Positions 44,166 to 51,097 of a DNA stretch of 64,000 bases are shown in pieces (the stretch's first letter is position 1; each line of letters begins with the position of its first letter). The position numbers were made by a program, and so were the translations under genes. Source of the DNA: Lapillicoccus sp. (GTDB lineage: Bacteria > Actinomycetota > Actinomycetes > Actinomycetales > Dermatophilaceae); assembly GCF_036559105.1 (NCBI RefSeq), contig NZ_DATBTV010000021.1, positions 1,689 through 65,688 on the forward strand. The letters are read 5' to 3'. The notes under the pieces are model-generated. The model saw only the letters and a program-made list of their open reading frames with translations, did not search any database and was not told where the DNA came from.

Positions 44166-44915
44166 CTACTTCGCCTGCGGCTGGGCGAGGACGACGGTGC
44201 TCATGATCTTGTCGGCGATCGTCTGGCGCTTGTTGTCCCACAGCGGGAACAGCCAGCCGACGTAGCAGATGATGCTGTCGACGATGTGGGCGATGTCGCG
44301 GACGAACGCCATGCCCATGCCGATCGTCTCACCCGTCGACTCCTTGACCAGCTTGTTGCCGGCCACCCCGCGGCCGATGGTGTAGCCGGTCGTCCCGCCG
44401 CGGTACCAGCGGTTGTAGATCCAGAGCGCGAGGATGTACACGCCGCCCAGGTAGTAGAGGAACCCCGGGCTGCTCTGCACGATGCTGTTGCCGACGATCG
44501 TCGTCTTCGGCGCCCCTAGCCAGTAGAGGATGTAGCCAGGGATGGCCAGCGCGAAGAAGTCGATCAACCCGCCGAGCGCGCGCTGCGGCCACAGGGCCAA
44601 GGTGCCGACCGACGCCCCCTGCTCGTAGGGGCCGGTGTAGGCCGGAGCCGCACCATAGCCCTGCTCGCCGTAGGCGGGCGGCGGAGGAGGCGGCGCGTAC
44701 CCGGCGTCGGCGGGCGGCGGCGCCGCATAGCCCCCGGTGGCGGGCGGCGGGGGCGGAGCCTGGCCGTACCCGGGCTGCGGAGCCGCGGGCGGTGGCTGGG
44801 CCTCGCCGTACTGCGGCGGGGGCGGCGGCGGGGACCCGTATCCCTCGGCCGGCTGCTCGGGGTTGCTCGTCGGGTCGGGTCGATCGTCGCCGGGGGGCGG
44901 GGTTCCATACGACAT
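44166..44915 (-). CDS. RDD family membrane protein with Pro-rich N-terminus
   Basis: GAGAGAGG RBS. The RDD-like core WPQRALGGLIDFFAL...YNRWYRGGTTGYTIGRGVAGNKLV...RDIAHIVD. The N-terminal 90 aa are P/G/Y/A-rich. Confidence 0.75.
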   Translation of the reverse strand: MSYGTPPPGDDRPDPTSNPEQPAEGYGSPPPPPPQYGEAQPPPAAPQPGYGQAPPPPPATGGYAAPPPADAGYAPPPPPPAYGEQGYGAAPAYTGPYEQGASVGTLALWPQRALGGLIDFFALAIPGYILYWLGAPKTTIVGNSIVQSSPGFLYYLGGVYILALWIYNRWYRGGTTGYTIGRGVAGNKLVKESTGETIGMGMAFVRDIAHIVDSIICYVGWLFPLWDNKRQTIADKIMSTVVLAQPQAK

Positions 44916-45079
44916 GGTCGAGCCTCTCTCTGGACGTGCGGTTCGTTGCGTGCTTCGTCTGGTTCAGCGCCCCCTGGGACGCGACACCACGACGATAGTG
45001 CGAGCGGGGTCCCTTCGGGGAGCGCCTCGCGGGACGGCGGTCCGCGTGGCGTGCGGGCGCCTCGACCCGGAAGCGGCGG

Positions 45080-45382
45080 CTACTGGGTGCCGCTGTCGAC
45101 CTGGCCGCGACCGGGCAGCTCGGCGCGGTGGGTCGCCTCGTAGGTGCTCTTCTTGCCGCCGTACCCCGCCATGGCGAGCACCTTGCCGGTGATCGCCCCG
45201 AGGACGACGACCACGGCGCCGACGACGAACCACAGCGCCGACGGGAACACGACGGCCAGCGCCATGACCAACGCGCCGAGCAGGATGATCCCCACCGCGG
45301 TCCAGGCGGCGACGCTGTGGCCCTCGCTGTCGTGCTCCTCGCCGCTGTGCTCGACTCCGGAGGTGGGCTGCGTCATAGTCAA
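45080..45382 (-). CDS. HGxxPAAW family small membrane protein
   Basis: GAAGGAAGGA RBS. EGHSVAAWTAVGIILLGALV resembles the HGxxPAAW signature followed by two TM helices. Confidence 0.6.
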   Translation of the reverse strand: MTMTQPTSGVEHSGEEHDSEGHSVAAWTAVGIILLGALVMALAVVFPSALWFVVGAVVVVLGAITGKVLAMAGYGGKKSTYEATHRAELPGRGQVDSGTQ

Positions 45383-45435
45383 GGCGTCCTTCCTTCGTCA
45401 GGCGCTGCGGTGGCGAGTGGGGCCAGTGTGTCAGG

Positions 45436-46224
45436 TCACGTGTCGCTCGGGGAGTGACCCAGGCGCTCGGCGGTGTGGTCGGGGTTCGACTCCGTCGCCG
45501 TCGACGGGGGACGAGGGTCCGCCTGGTCCGCCCGGTCCGCCTGGTCCGCCCGGTCCGCCCGGTCCGCCCGGTCCGCCCGGTCCGACTGGTCCGCCCGGTC
45601 CGCCTCGTCCAGGGTCGGGTCGCGGCCGTCGCTCAGCTCGTCCCACGCCGTGCGGTGCGCGCCGCGGTCGGTCGCGTCCGGGGTCGGTCGCCGTTCGTCC
45701 GCGGGCGGCGCGTCTCCGCTGTCGTCGACCGGGACCTCGAACCGGCTGGACAGCCCCGACCACCGGCCGGCGGCGACGGCCGCGAGGAGGGACGCGAGGA
45801 AGAGGACGACGCCGGCGACCAGGGCGGTCCACGCCCACCCCGACACCTCCGCCGTCGTGCGGACCACACCGGTCCGGCCCAGTCCCGCCGCGGCGACGCG
45901 GCCGAGGGCCTGCTCCGGGTCCGCGAGGGGCGCCACGGTCAGGGCCACGGAACCGGCGGCCGCGAGGACCAGCACCACCGAGGACACCCGCCGGACCACC
46001 GGACCCCCGGTCAGCATCGTGACCAGGGCGACCAGGCAGACGAGGGCGAGGGCGACGACACCGGGAGCCACCTGCGAACCGGTGGCCGACACGGCACCCC
46101 CGCCGAGCAGCGGCTCGGCGGAGCGACCGGTGATCCACGTGCGGGTCGTCGCGAGGAGCAGGACCAGATCCGGAACGGCCACCGCCGCCGAGACCACCCG
46201 CTTGCTCGTCAGCCGTGACGTCAC
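45436..46224 (-). CDS. Trp biosynthesis-associated membrane protein (TIGR02234-like) with repetitive acidic tail
   Basis: Start at GTG 46224, overlapping the trpE stop (GTGA). Four TM helices and the conserved AWDELSDGRDPT near the usual C-terminus, followed by a (DRA/DQA)n extension. Confidence 0.6.
   Translation of the reverse strand: MTSRLTSKRVVSAAVAVPDLVLLLATTRTWITGRSAEPLLGGGAVSATGSQVAPGVVALALVCLVALVTMLTGGPVVRRVSSVVLVLAAAGSVALTVAPLADPEQALGRVAAAGLGRTGVVRTTAEVSGWAWTALVAGVVLFLASLLAAVAAGRWSGLSSRFEVPVDDSGDAPPADERRPTPDATDRGAHRTAWDELSDGRDPTLDEADRADQSDRADRADRADRADQADRADQADPRPPSTATESNPDHTAERLGHSPSDT
45516..45605. repeat. 9-bp tandem repeat, about 10 copies (GGTCCGCCY)
   Basis: Read directly from the sequence. 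It encodes DRADQSDRADRADRADRADQADRADQAD on the minus strand and (GPP)n on the plus strand. Confidence 0.85.
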
Positions 46225-47861
46225 GACACCCACACCGAGGCGTCGGCCTCGGCACCGTGCGCGACCGGCGCACGCATACCTCGCGCGGCCTGGACCGCGC
46301 GGATGACCGCCGCCGCCTTGTGCTGGGTCTCCTCGAACTCGAGCTGCGGTACCGAGTCGGCGACGATCCCCGCGCCCGCCTGCACGTGGGCCACCCCGTC
46401 CTTGATGACCGCCGTGCGGATGGCGATGGCCGTGTCGAGGTCCCCCGCGAAGTCGAGATAGCCGACGACTCCCCCGTAGACCCCGCGCCGCAGACCCTCG
46501 TACTCGTCGATGAGCGCCATGGCGCGCGGCTTCGGCGCGCCGCTCAGCGTGCCGGCCGGGAAGGTCGCGACCAGAGCGTCGTAGGCGGTGCGGCCCGGGC
46601 GCAGGTCGCCGACCACCGTCGACTCGAGATGCATGATGTGGCTGTAGCGACGCGTCGTCATGAACTCGACCGTGTCGACGGTGCCGGCGTGGCATACCCG
46701 TTGGAGGTCGTTGCGCGACAGGTCGACGAGCATGAGGTGCTCGGCGCGCTCCTTCTCGTCGGCCAGCAGCTCCTCGGCCAGGCGGACGTCGTCCTCGGGG
46801 GTCTTGCCGCGCGGCCGCGACCCCGCGATCGGGTGGGTGATGACACGACGGCCGGTGACCTTGACCAGCGCCTCGGGGCTGGAGCCGACGATGTCGTAGG
46901 CGCTGCCGTCCGGGTGCGGCAGGCGGATGAAGTACATGTACGGGCTCGGGTTGCTCGCCCGCAGCGCGCGGTAGACGTCGAGCGCCGGCGCCGGGCAGGG
47001 GAGTGAGAACCGTTGCGAGACGACGATCTGGAACGCCTCGCCGGCCCGAATCGCCTCCTTGCTCCGCTCGACCATGTCGTGGAACTGCTCCTGGGTATGC
47101 GAGCTCGTCACGTCGGCGGGAGTCGGCTCGATGACGGCGACGGTGCTGTCGGCGGGTTCGGCCAGCTGTGCGGTCATCCGGTCGAGCCGGTCGACCGCGT
47201 CGGCCCACGCCCACTCCACACGATCGTCGGTGGCGTCGTAGTTGACCGCGTTGGCGACGAGGAGCAGGGAGCCGTCCGTGTGGTCGAGGACGGCGAGGTC
47301 GGTGGCGAAGAGCATCCCGATCTCGGGCAGGTCAAGCGCGTCGCGACCGGTGTCGGGGACCTTCTCCCAGCGCCGGACCGCGTCGTAGGTGATGGCTCCG
47401 ACCATGCCGCCGGTCAGCGGCGGCAACCCGTCGATCCGCGCGGTGGCGAGCGCGGTCAGCGTCGCGTCCAGGGCGAGGGTGGGATCGCCGCTGGTCGGGA
47501 CCCCGGCCGGGGGCTCGCCGATCCAGTAGGCCTCGCCGTCCTTCTCGGTCAAAGTGGCGTGGCTGCGGGCCCCGACGATCGAGTACCGAGACCAGACGCC
47601 GCCGTGCTCGGCCGACTCGAGGAGGAACGTCCCGGGCTCGTCGCGGGCCAGCTTGCGGTAGAGGCTGAGCGGGGTCTCGGCGTCGGCGAGCAGCCGGCGG
47701 ACCACCGGGATGACCCGCCGCTCGCGGGCCAGCTCCATGAACAGGGCCAGCCGTGGCCAGGTCCGGCCCCAGGTGAGGTCCGCGGTGAGATCCGCCGTGA
47801 GATCCGCGGTGAGATCCGCGGTGAGACCCGCCGTGAGGTCCGCGCTGAGGTCGTCAGCCAC
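46221..47861 (-). CDS. trpE: anthranilate synthase component I
   Basis: [39 protein letters not shown]. The GTG 47861 start overlaps the hisI stop. An alternative ATG (MELARERR) lies about 40 codons downstream. Confidence 0.93.
   Translation of the reverse strand: MADDLSADLTAGLTADLTADLTADLTADLTWGRTWPRLALFMELARERRVIPVVRRLLADAETPLSLYRKLARDEPGTFLLESAEHGGVWSRYSIVGARSHATLTEKDGEAYWIGEPPAGVPTSGDPTLALDATLTALATARIDGLPPLTGGMVGAITYDAVRRWEKVPDTGRDALDLPEIGMLFATDLAVLDHTDGSLLLVANAVNYDATDDRVEWAWADAVDRLDRMTAQLAEPADSTVAVIEPTPADVTSSHTQEQFHDMVERSKEAIRAGEAFQIVVSQRFSLPCPAPALDVYRALRASNPSPYMYFIRLPHPDGSAYDIVGSSPEALVKVTGRRVITHPIAGSRPRGKTPEDDVRLAEELLADEKERAEHLMLVDLSRNDLQRVCHAGTVDTVEFMTTRRYSHIMHLESTVVGDLRPGRTAYDALVATFPAGTLSGAPKPRAMALIDEYEGLRRGVYGGVVGYLDFAGDLDTAIAIRTAVIKDGVAHVQAGAGIVADSVPQLEFEETQHKAAAVIRAVQAARGMRAPVAHGAEADASVWVS
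47773..47856. repeat. 12-bp tandem repeat, 7 copies (GTGAGRYCCGCS)
   Basis: Read directly from the sequence. It encodes [27 protein letters not shown] at the annotated trpE N-terminus. Confidence 0.85.
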
Positions 47862-48270
47862 CGGGACCGCCGGTCACGGCGTCCAGGGGGTGGCTGTCGA
47901 AGCAGGACCGCGCCCCGGTGTGGCAGGCCGGGCCGACCTGGTCGACCCGGACGAGGAGGGCGTCGCCGTCGCAGTCGAGGGCGACGGAGTGCACGTACTG
48001 GAGGTGCCCGGAGGTGTCGCCCTTGCGCCACAGCTCCCGCCGGCTGCGCGACCAGAACGTGACCCGGCCGCTCGTGAGGGTCCGGGTGAGCGCCTCGTCG
48101 TTCATCCAGCCGACCATGAGCACCTCGCCGGTGTCGTGCTGCTGGACCACCGCGGCGACGAGTCCGGCTGCGTCCCGCTTGAGCAGGGCGGCGACCTCCG
48201 GGTCGAGCTGGCCGTCGAGCTGCCCGTCGAGCGGCCGGTCGACCGGCCCGGACCTGGCGTTCTGCGTCAC
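47854..48270 (-). CDS. hisI: phosphoribosyl-AMP cyclohydrolase
   Basis: [10 protein letters not shown]...[18 protein letters not shown]...DCDGDALL...GPACHTG. Confidence 0.93.
   Translation of the reverse strand: MTQNARSGPVDRPLDGQLDGQLDPEVAALLKRDAAGLVAAVVQQHDTGEVLMVGWMNDEALTRTLTSGRVTFWSRSRRELWRKGDTSGHLQYVHSVALDCDGDALLVRVDQVGPACHTGARSCFDSHPLDAVTGGPGG
48202..48249. repeat. 12-bp tandem repeat, 4 degenerate copies (GTCGAGCTGSCC)
   Basis: Encodes [15 protein letters not shown] at the hisI N-terminus. Confidence 0.7.
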
Positions 48271-48315
48271 CCCGTCATTCTGCCGAATGACCGGGCCGAC
48301 GCATCCAGGGCGTCG

Positions 48316-49053
48316 TCATCTGACCGGGTGCAGCCCGAGCAGCGGCAGCGGGTCGCGGGCGGTGGACAGTCCGCCGGCGACCGAGCGCACCTCGAAATGG
48401 AGGTGGCAGCCGTCCGGCGCTCCTTCGTCGGCGGACAGGGCGATGCGCTGTCCGCGAGCGACGGCCTGCCCCGGCTGGACGTAGACCGTCCGCACGTGGC
48501 CGATGAGGATGTCGACCCCGGCGGCCGCGACCCGGATCCGGAACGCGTACGCACCGTACGCGGCGTCCGGCTTCCCCGGTCCGCTCGCCGGGGCGACGAC
48601 CCCGTCGACGGCGGAGGTGAGCGGCGTGCCACACGGCATGACCACGTCGATCCCGTGGTGGAAACCCTGGCTTCCCGGGCACCGGGGGTCGTGCGCGTAG
48701 TAGGGGGCGGGGGTGCACCCGAACCCGATCATCACCCGGTGCACACCGGCGAACCACGCCGACGTGTAGCGGGTGCGGTCCGTGGTGAAGAACCGCCAGC
48801 GCGGGTCGACCGGGTCCTCGGGGGAGGTCGGGGTGGTCGTCGGTGATGCAGAGGTCGCGCTCGGGGTGGTGGAGCTCGGGCTGGTCGGCGGCGTGCTCGA
48901 CGTCGTGCTGGTCGACGCGCTGGTCGACGTGCTGCTCGACGGGACCGAGCTCGTCGTCGCCGCGACGGTCTCCGGCGCCGGGACGCCCGATGTGCTGCAC
49001 GCGGCGAGAAGGAGAGCCGACCCAGCCAGGGCGACGGCGACGCGCTTCCTCAC
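48316..49053 (-). CDS. M23 family metallopeptidase lipoprotein with Ser/Thr/Pro-rich linker
   Basis: Lipobox LLLAAC. About 60 aa of S/T/P low complexity. HHGIDV (HxxxD) and GCHLHFEV (HxH) zinc motifs. Confidence 0.8.
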   Translation of the reverse strand: MRKRVAVALAGSALLLAACSTSGVPAPETVAATTSSVPSSSTSTSASTSTTSSTPPTSPSSTTPSATSASPTTTPTSPEDPVDPRWRFFTTDRTRYTSAWFAGVHRVMIGFGCTPAPYYAHDPRCPGSQGFHHGIDVVMPCGTPLTSAVDGVVAPASGPGKPDAAYGAYAFRIRVAAAGVDILIGHVRTVYVQPGQAVARGQRIALSADEGAPDGCHLHFEVRSVAGGLSTARDPLPLLGLHPVR

Positions 49054-49195
49054 GCCGCGGCCGCAAGCCCCGAGGCGGTCCGGTCGTCCTCGGACGGGTC
49101 TGCGACGACGGTCGGCTCCGTGTCGGTGCTCACGCGGCGAATTGTGTCAGCCGGGTTCGGGCAGGGGCCCGACACGAGGTGCGCAGGTTCGGGAC

Positions 49196-49245
49196 GGCGC
49201 GCGCAGGATGCACCCTGCGCATCGCGTCCCGATCCTGCGCGCGCC
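49196..49245. terminator. perfect 14-bp inverted repeat (GGCGCGCGCAGGAT ... ATCCTGCGCGCGCC)
   Basis: 22-nt loop containing a nested GATGC/GCATC pair. About 40 nt downstream of the ABC exporter stop on the minus strand. No T-tract. Confidence 0.4.
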
Positions 49246-49285
49246 GTCGCCGACCCCTGGCAGGACGTGCTCCGGTCGGGTGCCG

Positions 49286-51097
49286 TCAGTCGCCCTGCTG
49301 CTGGGACACCCAGGAGGCGTGCAGGGTCGAGTAGACGCCGCCGGCGTCGACGAGGTCACGGTGCGGTCCCCGCTCGACCACCCGGCCGCCGTCGACGACG
49401 ATCACCTCGTCGGCGGCCTGCGCCGTCGACAGCCGGTGCGCGATGGCGATCGAGGTCCGGCCGCGGGTCAGGCTGTCGAGCGCCCGCTGGATCCGGACCT
49501 CGGTGCTGGGGTCGACGGCGGACGTCGCCTCGTCGAGAACCAGCAGGTCGGGGTCGGCGAGGTAGGCCCGGGCCAGCGCCACCAGCTGCCGCTCCCCCGC
49601 CGACAGTGACTCGCCCCGCTGGCCGACGTCGGTGGCCAGCCCCTGCGGCAGGGTGGCCAGCCACGGGTCGAGGCCCAGCTCGGTCACGGTGAGCCGCACG
49701 TCGTCCTCGGTCGCCTCCGGGGCGCCGAACCGGATGTTCTCCAGCAGCGACGCGTCGAAGAGGAACCCCTCCTGCGGCACGAGGACCACCCGGTTTCGCA
49801 GCGAGCCGAACCGGACCCGCCGCAGGTCGACACCGTCGATGGTGACCTCGCCGCTGGACGGGTCCATCAGCCGGGTGAGCAGCTTGGCCAACGTCGACTT
49901 GCCCGAACCGGTCTCTCCCACGATCGCCACCCGGGACCGCGGGGCGATCCGCAGCGACACGTCGTGGAGCACCGTGTCGCCGCCGGGGTAGGCGAACGAG
50001 ACGTCGTCGAACCCGACCGTGATCGGCCCCCGCGGCAGCTCGACGCCTGACTCCCCCGGGTCGGACACGTCGGCGTGGGTGTCGATGATCCCGATGACGC
50101 GCCGCCAGCCGGCGACGGCGTTCTGCATCTCGTTGAGGATCTCGGTGGCCTGCTGGACCGGGGTGGTGAAGAGGTTGACGAGGAAGAGAAAGGCGAGCAG
50201 CTCGCCCAGCGTGAGCGACCCGTTCACGGCGAGCAGGGTGCCGACGACGATGACCACGGCGGTGGTGAGCCCGGACACCAGCTGGCCGGTCGTGAACGCC
50301 ATGACCGCCCGGGTCTGCGCCCGGACCGCGGAGCGCCGGTGGGCCTCGACGGCCGTGTCGATCCGCTCGGCAGTGCGGTCCTCGACGCCGTACGCGCGGA
50401 TGGTCGCCGCCCCGACGACCGCCTCGGAGATGGCCGCGAGCATGTCGCCGACCCGCTCACGAACCGCCGTGTAGGCCCGGCCGACGATGCCCTGGAACTG
50501 CTTGATGATGAAGAACAGCGGGACGTAGCAGGCCCAGACCACGCCCGCGAGCGGCGGGCTGTAGATGACCATGAGCACCGTCGCGAGCAACAGCTGCGCG
50601 ATGTTGACCATGAACATGAGGCCGCCGAACTGGACGAACATCGAGATGGTGTCGACGTCCGAAGTGACCCGCGAGACGAGCGAGCCGCGGCGCTCGGTGT
50701 TCTGGGTGAGCACCGACAGGTCGTGGATGTGCCGGAACGCCTTGATGCGCAGGGACGAGAGCCCGTTCTCCGACGCCGTGAACAGCCGGACGTTGACGAA
50801 GTACGAGCACAGCGCGGTGACCGCGACCCCGACGACGGCGAGGAGCACGTAGCGCAGCACGATCCCGGCGTCGGGACCCCCCGGGGCGAGGATGCCCTCG
50901 TCGGTGGTGCGCTGGACCACGAACGGGACGAGCAGCTTGCCCACCGTCGACAGGACCGCCAGCGCGATGGTGACCCCGATGCCACGCCGGATCTCCGGCG
51001 ACAGCTCGACGCCGCGCTTGAGGGTCTGCCAGGTGGAGCGGCCCTGGCCCGACTCGATGCCGGTGTGGTCGACCGGCGGGGCGGAACGCATACTCAT
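49286..51097 (-). CDS. ABC exporter, fused permease/ATPase subunit
   Basis: Six N-terminal TM helices, Walker A GETGSGKST, signature LSAGERQL, Walker B LLVLDEATS. Confidence 0.9.
   Translation of the reverse strand: MSMRSAPPVDHTGIESGQGRSTWQTLKRGVELSPEIRRGIGVTIALAVLSTVGKLLVPFVVQRTTDEGILAPGGPDAGIVLRYVLLAVVGVAVTALCSYFVNVRLFTASENGLSSLRIKAFRHIHDLSVLTQNTERRGSLVSRVTSDVDTISMFVQFGGLMFMVNIAQLLLATVLMVIYSPPLAGVVWACYVPLFFIIKQFQGIVGRAYTAVRERVGDMLAAISEAVVGAATIRAYGVEDRTAERIDTAVEAHRRSAVRAQTRAVMAFTTGQLVSGLTTAVVIVVGTLLAVNGSLTLGELLAFLFLVNLFTTPVQQATEILNEMQNAVAGWRRVIGIIDTHADVSDPGESGVELPRGPITVGFDDVSFAYPGGDTVLHDVSLRIAPRSRVAIVGETGSGKSTLAKLLTRLMDPSSGEVTIDGVDLRRVRFGSLRNRVVLVPQEGFLFDASLLENIRFGAPEATEDDVRLTVTELGLDPWLATLPQGLATDVGQRGESLSAGERQLVALARAYLADPDLLVLDEATSAVDPSTEVRIQRALDSLTRGRTSIAIAHRLSTAQAADEVIVVDGGRVVERGPHRDLVDAGGVYSTLHASWVSQQQGD

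Noticed and set aside
45516-45605. Tandem repeats considered as a CRISPR array (also 47773-47856 and 53704-53763).
   Set aside because: The units are 9-15 bp and directly abutting with no spacers. They lie inside coding frames, and there are no cas genes in the window.
45144-46022. Plus-strand ORF encoding a collagen-like (GPP)n run (EGPPGPPGPPGPPGPPGPPGPTGPPGPP).
   Set aside because: It is the antisense reading of the 9-bp repeat. The minus-strand frame continues without interruption from a recognisable 4-TM TIGR02234-like protein and its conserved AWDELSDGRDPT block. The rest of the plus-strand ORF is Arg/Pro/Gly junk with no signal peptide or flanking domains.
47700-47861. Trp-codon-containing leader peptide or attenuator upstream of trpE.
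   Set aside because: The two Trp codons (TWGRTW) are in the trpE frame with no intervening stop, and hisI overlaps the upstream GTG. There is no separate short ORF or obvious terminator/antiterminator pair.
49054-49285. Possible ydaO/c-di-AMP riboswitch upstream of the M23 peptidase gene (and of the NlpC/P60 gene at 3720-3760), since such riboswitches precede cell-wall hydrolases in actinobacteria.
   Set aside because: I could not find the conserved ydaO blocks by eye. The NlpC/P60 upstream gap is only 41 nt. This would need cmsearch (RF00379) to settle, so it is not claimed.
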